Shown piece by piece: positions 54,646 to 64,000 of a stretch of DNA of 64,000 nt (positions within the stretch are counted from its first letter, which is position 1; each line of letters begins with the position of its first letter). Source of the stretch: an uncultured Planctomycetaceae bacterium (GTDB taxonomy: Bacteria; Planctomycetota; Planctomycetia; Isosphaerales; Isosphaeraceae); the NCBI GenBank assembly GCA_963833985.1, contig CAWIAD010000002.1, positions 4,608,001 through 4,672,000 of the forward strand, read 5' to 3'. Below the pieces are notes generated by a model, which saw only the letters and a list, made by a program, of their open reading frames with translations, ran no database searches and was not told the origin of the DNA. The translations under genes were made by a program, and so were the position numbers.

Positions 54646-54894
54646 CACAGTTCTCGGGGGCGTGGCGCCGCGTGGATGGGTCATGAGACGACGTCGATCT
54701 CCGGCCATCACCTGATGCCGGCTCTCATCGTATGGCTGCCATGAGAAACTTTATCAAGCCGCTCGCGAACAGGGTAGCCAGGCGGAACCCCTGAGCTTTG
54801 CAGCGAACAAGACCTTGTCTCCACGGTGCCATGGGCCTAACGTGGAAGAGTGGTTTCAGGGAAGCAAGCGACGAACGCGAGGATAATAGCATCC

Positions 54895-55686
54895 ATGCTT
54901 GGCACGGCCGCGACGCAGTATGACCTGCGTTTTCGCTTCCTGGACATTCCGGTCCGGATTCATCCTTTTTTCTGGCTCATGTCGGGAATCCTGGGGTTCC
55001 AGAATGAGCAGCTCATGTCCGTGGCGATCTGGATTGGCTGCGTGCTTCTCTCCATTCTGGTCCATGAATATGGCCATGCCATGATGGCCAAGCGTTTCCA
55101 CTATGCTCCGTCGATCACGCTTTATGGTCTGGGGGGGCTGTGTAGTTACGAGGGGGACCGGACGCCCCGGGAACGGCTCGCCGTGCTCATTGCCGGCCCT
55201 GGCGCGGGGTTTATCCTGTGCGGGATCGTTTTCCTGGTCGCTTCCGCGGTGCTGGGGGTCACGGGCAAGGAACACCTGGCCGTCGCCGAAAGGATTCTCG
55301 GGCTCCCCGCGAATCAATTTGACGTCTTCGGCGTGCAGCAGAGGTTTCCGTCCATCGTTCCGCTGATGGTTTATTATGACCTGGTGCAAATCAACCTGCT
55401 CTGGGGGCTTGTCAATCTGCTGCCGATCTACCCGCTCGACGGCGGTCAGATCACCCAGGTCTTGCTCTCGCAGCTTGACCGGCGGCACGGGGTGCGCCGT
55501 TCGCACATCGTCTCGCTGGTCACCGCCGGGGTACTGGCGGTGGTGGCTGCAAGTATCAGCCGCCACGACTATTACCCCATCATTTTCTTTGGCGTGCTGG
55601 CTTTCCTGAATTACCAGGTTCTCCAATCGATTCATCAGGCCGCGGCCTTCGGCGTTTACCACGACGACGATTGGTGGCGCGGTTGA
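54895..55686 (+). CDS. Site-2 protease (M50) family membrane metalloprotease
   Basis: HEYGH, AGP, NLLPIYPLDGG. Confidence 0.92.
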   Translation: MLGTAATQYDLRFRFLDIPVRIHPFFWLMSGILGFQNEQLMSVAIWIGCVLLSILVHEYGHAMMAKRFHYAPSITLYGLGGLCSYEGDRTPRERLAVLIAGPGAGFILCGIVFLVASAVLGVTGKEHLAVAERILGLPANQFDVFGVQQRFPSIVPLMVYYDLVQINLLWGLVNLLPIYPLDGGQITQVLLSQLDRRHGVRRSHIVSLVTAGVLAVVAASISRHDYYPIIFFGVLAFLNYQVLQSIHQAAAFGVYHDDDWWRG

Positions 55687-55964
55687 CCGCCGTCTGCCAT
55701 CGCAAGCTCTCGCTTCAAGAAGCGGCTGACCGTTTCGAGCGGCCGCGACGGATTTCTCTGCTCCTCGGCGCCACGTTATTTTGACTTGCGGGCTCCAGAG
55801 CCTATGTTATTGGTGTCTGAACGTTTATGTCGGAATGCCGGTCTCTGTCGGGTGCCCCCTTCCTTTTGACCCGGCAATCATCAACAATTCGTTGGGAAGT
55901 CTGGGGCGGAGTAGCAGTCAGGACGCCCCGGAAGTTCCGTGCTTCAGACCGTCAATAATAATCC

Positions 55965-58546
55965 ATGCGATCAAGCAAAAAAAGAACTTCTGCCGTTCGT
56001 TCGCAGCGCGGATCCAAGGCGTCTTCCGGCGCAAAGGCGCCTCTCCGTCCGCGGGGGCAGCCCACGCCCTGGCCGTCAAGAATTCCAGAGAGCCCTCGTC
56101 AGAACACCCCAATCGATTGCCCCTGCTGGCGTTGCGCTCGGATGTCGTGTTCCCTCAAACGGTCGTGCCGCTGGTGATCAACCGGCCCAGCGGGATCCGT
56201 CTGGTAGACGATATCCTGGTGGCCGAGCGGCTCGTCGGACTGGCGAGCCAGTTGCATCCCGAGGTGGACGAGCCGGGCATGACGGACCTCTACCCGGCCA
56301 TCTGCGTGGGCACCGTGCTCAAGATGCTCAAGTTCCCGGACGGCTCCACGCGCATTGTTTGCCAGGGCCAGACGCGGGCGCGGCTGATCAGGGTGGTCCA
56401 GACCCAGCCTTACCTCGTCGGCGAGGTTGAGCCGCTGGAGGAAGAGCTGGAAGAGGGTGTCGAGCTGGACGCGCTGGTCCATCATGTGAACCGGCTGTTC
56501 CAGCGGATGATCGATCAGAGCCAGCAGATTCCGGAAGAGCTGCAAGTGGCCGCCATGAACACCCGCGAGCCGGGACGGCTGGCCGACCTGCTGGCCTCGA
56601 GCTTGCCGTTCTCGATCGAGGAGCGCCAGACGCTGCTGGGCGAGGTCAACGTGCGCAGCCGGCTGGAACGCCTGGGGCAGTACCTGGCGCGCCAGCTCGC
56701 CATCCTGGAGCTCTCCACCAAGATCCAGGAGCAGGTCGGGTCCGAACTTTCGAAGGCCCAGCGCGACCACTTCTTGCGACAGCAGATCAAGGCCATCCAG
56801 GAAGAGCTCGGCGAGGGCGAGCCCGAGAATCCCGAGCTCGCGGAACTCTGGGAACGGATCAAGACGGCCGGTCCGCCGCAGGATGTGCTGCACGAGGCCG
56901 AGCGCGAGCTGGAAAGGCTCGCCGGCATGCACCCGAGCTCGGCCGAGTACTCGATCGTCCGCACCTACCTCGACTGGCTGGCCGTGCTTCCCTGGTCCAA
57001 GGCGAGCCGCGACCGGCTCGATCTGCGGCGCGCACGCAAGGTGCTCGATCACGATCACTACGATCTCGAGAAGATCAAGGAACGCATCCTCGAGTATCTC
57101 GCCGTGCGCAAGCTCAAGAAGGATATGAAGGGTCCCATCCTCTGCTTCGCCGGCCCGCCCGGCACGGGCAAGACCTCACTGGGCAAGAGCATCGCCAAGG
57201 CGCTGGGGCGGGAGTTCGTGCGCGTCAGCCTCGGCGGCGTCCACGACGAGGCCGAGATCCGCGGCCATCGCCGTACGTACGTGGCCGCCATGCCCGGCCG
57301 CATCGTCCAGGGCATCCGCAAGGCGGCCACCAACAACCCGGTCTTCATGCTCGACGAGGTGGACAAGCTGGGTGCGGATTTCCGCGGCGATCCTTCCTCC
57401 GCGCTGCTGGAAGTGCTCGACCCCGAGCAGAACTCCACCTTCCGCGACCATTACCTGGACGTCGATTTCGACCTCTCCAAGGTGATGTTCATCGCCACGG
57501 CCAATATGCTCGAGACCATTCCCTCGCCGCTGCTGGACCGGATGGAGGTGCTTCAGCTCCCCGGCTACAGCGAGGAGGAGAAGACGCTGATCGCCCAGAA
57601 GTACATCATCCCCAAGCAGCTTGAGGCTCATGGGCTCGTCAGCGGCGACGTCGAGATCACCGAGCTTGCCCTCAAGAAGATCATTGCTGACTACACCCGG
57701 GAAGCAGGCCTGCGCAACCTGGAGCGGGAGATCGCCGGCATCTGCCGCAAGGTGGCGCGCCGCCGCGCCGAGGGCAAACGCACCGCGGTCAGCGTGGGGC
57801 CGAACCAGCTTGCCGACCTGCTGGGGCCGTCACGCTTCTTCCGGGAGCTCGTCGATCGTACGGGAATTCCCGGTGTCGCCACCGGTCTGGCGTGGACGCC
57901 CGCCGGCGGCGAGATCCTCTTCATTGAGGCGACCGGCATGCCGGGCAAGGGACAGCTCACGCTCACCGGGCTGCTGGGCGAGTCCATGCGGGAAAGCGCC
58001 CAGGCCGCCATGAGCTACCTCAAGAGCCACGCCAAACCGCTGGAGCTCGACGCCTCGCGGTTCCACAAGACCGACGTGCATATTCACGTCCCGGCCGGGG
58101 CCATTCCCAAGGACGGTCCATCCGCGGGCGTGGCCATCGCCGCGGCGCTCATCAGCCTGTTCCGAAACGTGCCCATCCAGACCGAGCTGGCCATGACCGG
58201 CGAGGTGACGCTCACCGGCCGCGTCCTGCCGGTCGGCGGCGTGCGCGAGAAGATCCTCGCCGCCCGCCGCGCCGGCATCAAGACGCTGCTCATTCCCCGG
58301 CATAACGAGAAGGACCTGGTCGAGCTGCCGCAGGAGGTCAAGACCGACCTCACCTTCCGCCTCGTCGACACGCTCGACGACGTGGTCCCCAGGCTGTTCG
58401 AGGTGCGGACGGCGCGGTCGCGGCGCAAGCCAGACCCGGTCAAGTCCAAGGCCTCGGCACTGCGGACGGTCAAGCCCCCCAAGATCGCGACTCCCCCAGC
58501 CGTGGAGAACGAGCTGCCGGCGACCAAGCTGCCGCGCCGACCGTGA
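55965..58546 (+). CDS. lon: Lon ATP-dependent protease (start uncertain; possible frameshift near 56065)
   Basis: LON N-domain, GPPGTGKTS, DEAEIRGHRRTY, PKDGPSAG, GGVREK. Confidence 0.95.
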
Positions 58547-58598
58547 ACCGCCTCAGACCCGCCAGACCGTAGCACCCGCGAACGCCTCCGGAGCTGCC

Positions 58599-60113
58599 GT
58601 GGCCCATCGGACGCCGCCGACCCGTTCTCCGAGTGAGCCCTTCCGTGTCGTCCTCAACGCGGTCTCGAAGCGGTTCTCCGGCATCACGGCCCTGGAGCCG
58701 CGTCTGCCTCGAGTTCGAGGGAGGTGAAATCCATGCGCTCTGCGGGGAAAACGGCGCCGGGAAGAGCACCCTCATCCAGATACTGGGCGGCATCCTGCGT
58801 CCGGATTCCGGCCACATCGAGCTGGGCGGCAGCTCTGTCCGCTTCCGCGACCCCGCGGCCGCACAGGCCGCCGGCATCGGCATCATCCACCAGGAGCTGA
58901 ACCTGGTCGGCCCCTTCACGGTGGCCGAGAACCTGGCCCTCGGAGATGAACCGAGGATCGGTCCGTGGATCAACCGGCGGGCGCTGCGCAGCCGCGCAGC
59001 GCCTGCTGGACGAGCTCCAGTTCGACCTCGACCCGCGTACGCGGGTGGCCGAGCTCACCCTCGGCCAGATGCAGCAGGTCGAGATCGCACGGGCGCTGGG
59101 CCGGCAGGTCCGCGTCCTGGTTCTCGATGAGCCGACGGCGGCCCTTTCACGCGCGGAGACCGAGCAGCTCTTTCGTATTCTCCGGTCGCTGCGCAGCACG
59201 TGGACTGGCCGTCCTTTACGTGTCTCACCATCTGGAGGAGGTCTTCGAGCTGGCCGATCGGATCAGCGTGCTACGCGACGGCCGAGGCGTGGGGACCTGG
59301 CCGAGAGCCGGGCTGACTCTTCCCGAGCTTGTGGCCGCCATGGTGGGCCAGGCCGTGGACACGCGCGGCCGCCCGCCGCGCCGGCTCACCGCGCCGGCTC
59401 CTCTCCAGGCCAGAGCGGTCCGTGGCCGCATTCTGCAAGGCGTGGACCTGGCGGTGCGGCGCGGGGAGATCGTCGCTCTCACCGGTCTTGCCGGTGCGGG
59501 CCACGAGGAGCTTGCCGCCTTGCTGTTCGGCGCCGCGCCCTTGCGTTCCGGCCAGGTCTCCTGGCATGACCGCCCGTATCGCCCGCGGCATCCCGCCGAC
59601 GCCCGCCGGGCGGGCATCGCCTACGTGCCGCCCGACCGCCGCGGACAGGGGCTGATCCCTCCCCTGGGCATCACGGAGAACCTGACGCTGGCCGGCCTGC
59701 ATGAGCTGGCTCTTGCCGGCTGGATCAACCAGCCTGCTCGCCGGCGCCGCGCCGAGACCTGGTGCCGCCGGCTCGAAATCGATGCCGCCCGGCTCTCTCA
59801 GCGCGTGACGACGCTCTCCGGCGGCAACCAGCAGAAAGTCCTCCTGGCGCGGTGGGCCGCGCTGGAACCGGAGCTGTTCCTCCTCAACGAGCCGACCCGG
59901 GGGATCGACGTCAAGACCCGTGAGGCCATCCACCGCTGGATCGAGCAGCTTGCCGATGCCGGAAGCTGTGTGCTGGTCGTCTCCTCGGACGTCCAGGAAC
60001 TGATCCGGCTGGCCGACCGCTGCCTGATCTTTCGCGGTGGGCGGATCTGCTGCGAGCTCGAGCCTCCGGCGCTGAATGAGCACTCGGTGATCGCGGCGAT
60101 GACAGGCCATTGA
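58599..60113 (+). CDS. Sugar ABC transporter ATPase, RbsA-like (frameshifts near 58698, 58995 and 59200)
   Basis: [36 protein letters not shown]. Confidence 0.88.
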
Positions 60114-60127
60114 GGGCAGAGAGCGAC

Positions 60128-61075
60128 ATGAACCCGGAACGATGGCGGCTGGTGAATCGTCTGCCGCAGGTGGTGCTGCTCATCCTGGCCCTCTTCCTCA
60201 TGGCGCGCACCGAGCGGTTCTTCACGCCTGGCACACTCACGAGCATTCTGACGCAGGCGAGCATCGTGGGTGTGCTGGCGCTCGGGCAGGCATTCGTGCT
60301 TCTGGGAGGCGGATTCGATCTCTCGCAAGGCGCCGCAATGGCCCTGATTGCGGCGCTCACCGCCGAACTGGCCCGGCGCGGGTTCAGCCCGCTGGCCGCC
60401 GGAGCGGCCGCGCTGGCCATCGGCGGGTTCCTCGGTTCCATCAACGGCGTGATGATTGCGCTGGTGCGGACGAACCCGTTCGTCACGACCCTGAGCACGC
60501 TGCTGGTGTTCCGTGGCGCGGCCTTCATCGTCCTGGGCGGCCAGCCGGCGGCCAACATCCGGGTGTTCCACGCCATCGACTCGGGTTTCACGCTCGGGCC
60601 CGCCTACGTGCCGTGGCGCGGCATCGTCTTTCTGGCCCTGACCGTGCTTTCCTGGCTTGTCTTGCGGCAAACGGTCTTCGGCCAGCACATCTACGCGCTT
60701 GGCGGCAATGCCGAGGCCGCCCGGCTGGCGGGCGTTCGAACCGTGCGATTGCGCGTGCAGACCTTCATGATCAGCGGCCTGGCCGCCGGCGTGGCCACGG
60801 TCCTCTTCCTCTCGTGGCTGCGCGTGGCCAAGCCAGACACCGCCACCAGCTACGAGCTGGATGCAATCTCCGCCTGCGTCGTCGGCGGAGTTTCCTTGCA
60901 AGGCGGCCGCGGCAGCGTCCTGGGTGCGGCCGCCGGCTGCCTGCTGCTTCAGGCCCTGCGCACCCAGATCACCATGAGCGGCTTTCCCGAAGAGTACCGC
61001 ACGCTGGTGACCGGCGCCGTCATCCTCATCTTCGCCGCCGCCGACGCACTGGCCAGGCGGCAGGAACGGGCCTGA
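60128..61075 (+). CDS. Sugar ABC transporter permease, RbsC-like
   Basis: GGFDLS, NPFVTTL, IYALGGNAEAARLAG, YELDAISACVVGG.SL.GG.G. Confidence 0.92.
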   Translation: MNPERWRLVNRLPQVVLLILALFLMARTERFFTPGTLTSILTQASIVGVLALGQAFVLLGGGFDLSQGAAMALIAALTAELARRGFSPLAAGAAALAIGGFLGSINGVMIALVRTNPFVTTLSTLLVFRGAAFIVLGGQPAANIRVFHAIDSGFTLGPAYVPWRGIVFLALTVLSWLVLRQTVFGQHIYALGGNAEAARLAGVRTVRLRVQTFMISGLAAGVATVLFLSWLRVAKPDTATSYELDAISACVVGGVSLQGGRGSVLGAAAGCLLLQALRTQITMSGFPEEYRTLVTGAVILIFAAADALARRQERA

Positions 61076-61267
61076 GCCACGGGCGGCCGAGGAAAAGCTC
61101 CACGTGCCCGCGGCCGATGAACCCACGTATGCCATTTGCATTTCTGAGACTTGACCCTGGCGGCCCGCTGGACTTGCTCTGGTCAGAACCACCATTTTGA
61201 TCTAGTCTCCGGCCGCGTGTGCCACCGGGTCTGGTCAAGCTCAGGCGGGAGAGACGTCGAGGCCGGC

Positions 61268-61933
61268 ATGAAGATCCAGAATCCGTTCCTGGTCAGCGCG
61301 GTGGGGCGCACCGGGGCCTGGGTGGTCCGGGGCGTGGGCCGCACGATCGACTATCACTTCCGCTATCAGGACGCCGCGGTCAATCCGGAAGTGGTGCGCA
61401 GGTCGGGCCAGCGGTTCATTTACGCCTTCTTCCACGAGGTGATGCTCTTCCCGGCGCACTACTGGGCCTGGCCGTCCATGCACATCCTGATCAGCGACCA
61501 TCGCGACGGCGAGCTCATCACCCAGGTGATCCGGCGGCTCGGTTTCGGCGTCGTGCGGGGGTCCACAACGCGAGGCGGTGTGCGCGCCCTGCGCGAGATG
61601 ACGTCGCGCATCGAGACCGGAAATCTCTGCGTCACGCCGGACGGCCCGCGCGGCCCGCGCAGGCACGTCCACCAGGGCCTTGTCTACCTGGCCAGCCGCA
61701 CGGGATTACCCATCGTGGGAGCCGGCATGGCCTTCAAGCACTGCTCGCGCGCGACAAGTTGGGACCGCTTCGCCGTACCTCACCCGCATACGCCGGCCGC
61801 CTGCGTGGCTCCGCCCGCCGTGACCGTCCCGCCGGACGCCGACCGCGAGACGCTGGAGGAATGCCGGCTCCTCGTCGAGCGGCGCATGCAAGCGGCCATG
61901 GAAGAGGCCGAGGCCTGGGTGCGGGAATTGTAA
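61268..61933 (+). CDS. DUF374 lysophospholipid-acyltransferase-family protein
   Basis: SDHRDGE, VRGSTTRGG, TPDGPRGP, SWDRF. Confidence 0.85.
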   Translation: MKIQNPFLVSAVGRTGAWVVRGVGRTIDYHFRYQDAAVNPEVVRRSGQRFIYAFFHEVMLFPAHYWAWPSMHILISDHRDGELITQVIRRLGFGVVRGSTTRGGVRALREMTSRIETGNLCVTPDGPRGPRRHVHQGLVYLASRTGLPIVGAGMAFKHCSRATSWDRFAVPHPHTPAACVAPPAVTVPPDADRETLEECRLLVERRMQAAMEEAEAWVREL

Positions 61934-62031
61934 GCAAGACATCACCTCCCGCTCGACCAATCCGCTCACCCCTTCGCGGGTCCCGAGCTCCAGGAAGCAG
62001 GTTCCCGCCTTCTGAGCGTGCACGCTTTCGT

Positions 62032-63999
62032 TCAGCCGGCGGCCGAGCAGCGTGCGAGAGCCTCGGCATCTCCCGGCCGCTCGGCGAGGACCATGCCCCA
62101 GAGGCGCTGAGCTTCATCGCAGTCGCCGCGCTCTTCAGCCAGCACGGCCAGGTTGCGCAGCGTCAGATGGCCGTAGATGCCCTGGTCGACGCTGCAAAAC
62201 TGCTCCGGACGCTTCAGCGTCAGGATGCGCCGCCAGCAGGCTTCGGCCTCGGCGGGCTGGGCCGCCTTGCGATGGAGGATCGCCTTGCGGAAGTGCAGCT
62301 CGGCGTCGTCGGGGTCCAGCCGTAACCCCGCGGCGCAGTCGCTCAGGGCCGAGGGGGTGTCCTCCAGCATCTGGTGGCAGCGGGCGAGCAGGGCGTAGAG
62401 CTTGCGCACGATCGAGGCCGTGGGGTCCGACCTGCGCAGGCTCTGCTGGAGGTATCCGATCGCCGTCGGCCAGTCGCGCCGCTCCACGGCGATCGCGCCC
62501 AGGTTGAAGAGCACGAACGGGTCGTCGGGCCGCTCGGCCAGCTCGGCTTCGAGAATCTTGCCATCGCGCTGAAGCTTCCGCTCCCGCAGCTCCGGATCGG
62601 TGTATCCCGTGTGCCGCACCGTGATGTCGGTCCACTTCACCGGCACGTTCGCATGCCGCAGGGCCGGCAAGATCTGCTCATGCACCGCATACGTCCAGCG
62701 CACGTCCTCGCGCACCGGAAACAGCCGGATATGGTCCACCACCGTCTGCCCGCTATCTCCATGCGGTCCCGGATCGCACGAGCACCGCACCACGTACGCC
62801 GCCTGCTCCACATCGCCCGCCCGGCTGCGGTGGCACGGTGTCGTGGGTCGAGCGTCCTCGCGAGGCCCACCAACCTGCACCGCATCGCCCGCCCGGTAGG
62901 GTGGGTCGAGCGTCCTCGCGAGGCCCACCGGAACACCTCTGTCGTCAACGTTGTGAACCGGCAATTCCTCCAGCAACTTCCGCAACTTCTCCCGCTCCGG
63001 CGGGTCCACCACATCGTCGGCATCGAGCCAGAAGGCATAATCGCCGGTCGCCCGCGCCAGGGCGGCGTTGCGGGCCGCGGCGAAGTCATTGACCCAGACA
63101 AAATCAAAGACCCGTGCCCCGAACTCGCGGGCGATCTCGCGCGTGCGGTCGGTCGAGCCGGTGTCCACCACCACGATCTCGTCGAAGACCCCCGCCACGG
63201 AGGCCAGGCAGTTCGGCAGGTTGCCCTCCTCGTTCCGCACGATCATCGTCAGCGAAACCCTGGCCCGGCGCGTCGGTGTCGAAGCGTGCCCGGCGCCATT
63301 GGCCTGCGGTTGCCCGGTTTGTTCTTGCGGCTCTCGACCGGTCCACGGTAACAGGCTCACGCTCCGGCGTCCGCCGACGTCGGTACCCCACTTCTCCGCG
63401 AACCTGCGGCCGTTCTCCTCCAGCAACCGCGCTGCATCGATACCGTTGCCCTGCAACGTCCGGCTGCCGAAGTGGTGGACGAACAGGTCGTGCGTCACGG
63501 CCAGGGAAAACCCGGCCCTTCGTGCGCGCTCAGCCAGGTCATCGTCGTCGAACAGTCCCAGCCCGAACCGTTCGTCGAGCCCGCCGATCGTTTCATAAAC
63601 CGCCCGTTTCATGAGCAAGCAAAACCCCGAAAGCTTCCCCGCCGTGAACCACTGCCCGCGCCGCTCCTCGCGCCATCGCCGCGCAAACGCGTGCATCTCC
63701 TCGAGGCTCGCATACGGCACATTCTCGACGAGTTGTGGCGGCGAGGCATAATTCGACATCGGACCGACCAGGCCAATCCTTCCCCCTTCTTCCCCCTTCG
63801 TGTTCTTGGTGTTCTTCGTGGTTCCAACTCCGTCCATTTCCGCCATTTCGTAGGGTGGGTCAGCGGCGTACCCGTCGCGCAACCCACCGTGATTCGGTCG
63901 GCACTCGGGATTGCTCTTCGTGTGTTTCGTGGTTCCTTCCCAATCCTTCTCCGTGGTGCGATCGGTGAAGTGGGCAGTTGTTCTCGTTTCCTCCGTGAT
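62032..63999 (-). CDS. Tandem GT2 glycosyltransferase domains plus TPRs (5' end outside window)
   Basis: IGLVGPMSNY, GGLDERFG...DDD; SLTMIVRNE, VDTGSTD, DFAAARN, WLDADD, VHEQ, HTGY; frame open to the window edge. Confidence 0.9.
   Translation of the reverse strand: MTEETRTTAHFTDRTTEKDWEGTTKHTKSNPECRPNHGGLRDGYAADPPYEMAEMDGVGTTKNTKNTKGEEGGRIGLVGPMSNYASPPQLVENVPYASLEEMHAFARRWREERRGQWFTAGKLSGFCLLMKRAVYETIGGLDERFGLGLFDDDDLAERARRAGFSLAVTHDLFVHHFGSRTLQGNGIDAARLLEENGRRFAEKWGTDVGGRRSVSLLPWTGREPQEQTGQPQANGAGHASTPTRRARVSLTMIVRNEEGNLPNCLASVAGVFDEIVVVDTGSTDRTREIAREFGARVFDFVWVNDFAAARNAALARATGDYAFWLDADDVVDPPEREKLRKLLEELPVHNVDDRGVPVGLARTLDPPYRAGDAVQVGGPREDARPTTPCHRSRAGDVEQAAYVVRCSCDPGPHGDSGQTVVDHIRLFPVREDVRWTYAVHEQILPALRHANVPVKWTDITVRHTGYTDPELRERKLQRDGKILEAELAERPDDPFVLFNLGAIAVERRDWPTAIGYLQQSLRRSDPTASIVRKLYALLARCHQMLEDTPSALSDCAAGLRLDPDDAELHFRKAILHRKAAQPAEAEACWRRILTLKRPEQFCSVDQGIYGHLTLRNLAVLAEERGDCDEAQRLWGMVLAERPGDAEALARCSAAG
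62843..62929 (+). repeat. Two direct REP copies inside the glycosyltransferase CDS
   Basis: GTGGGTCGAGCGTCCTCGCGAGGCCCACC at 62843-62871 and 62901-62929, the second preceded by GTAGG; same family as 53756-53788. Confidence 0.88.
63797..63935 (+). repeat. REP (63850-63888) flanked by TTCGTG..TTCGTGGTTC-type short repeats inside the CDS
   Basis: GTAGGGTGGGTCAGCGGCG...CGCAACCCACC; TTCGTGTTCTTGGTGTTCTTCGTGGTTC near 63797 and TTCGTGTGTTTCGTGGTTC near 63917. Confidence 0.7.
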
Positions 64000-64000
64000 C

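Noticed and set aside
55781..55964. Long N-terminal extension of Lon from the TTG at 55781
   Set aside because: The TTG coincides with a TTGACT -35-like box and the translation is not protein-like; more likely promoter and leader.
1..64000. tRNA, rRNA, riboswitch, intact transposase or prophage genes
   Set aside because: None recognised by eye; an Infernal/tRNAscan run would be needed to exclude small RNAs.

Overview
GC-rich bacterial chromosomal window, most likely a planctomycete (Isosphaeraceae-like). This is inferred from the LEPR-XLL and PEP-CTERM proteins, long ECF sigma factor, Ser/Thr kinase and Tat-exported Gfo/Idh/MocA enzymes. Core genes are lpxA (3' part), rplM-rpsI, alaS, holA, dapF and lon; there are also carbohydrate-active enzymes, ExbB/ExbD/ExbD, an ABC exporter, an MFS transporter and a split sugar ABC importer. 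About 17 genes, including essential alaS, carry single-base frameshifts, which points to long-read indel errors rather than decay. Highlights: (1) a degenerate group II intron (19313-20477, minus) whose removal restores an inverted copy of the adjacent REP repeat and whose putative EBS1 is complementary to the REP consensus at that junction; a serine-recombinase fragment interrupts its RT. (2) A redox operon: NemR-like TetR, Met-rich repeat lipoprotein, cytochrome b, MsrP-like molybdoenzyme and a hidden UxxC selenoprotein with a SECIS-like hairpin. (3) A Tse2-like ADP-ribosyltransferase plus TPR gene pair bracketed by a ~55-bp direct repeat. (4) REP elements translated in frame inside a glycosyltransferase. 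All calls come from reading the sequence; no database searches were run.
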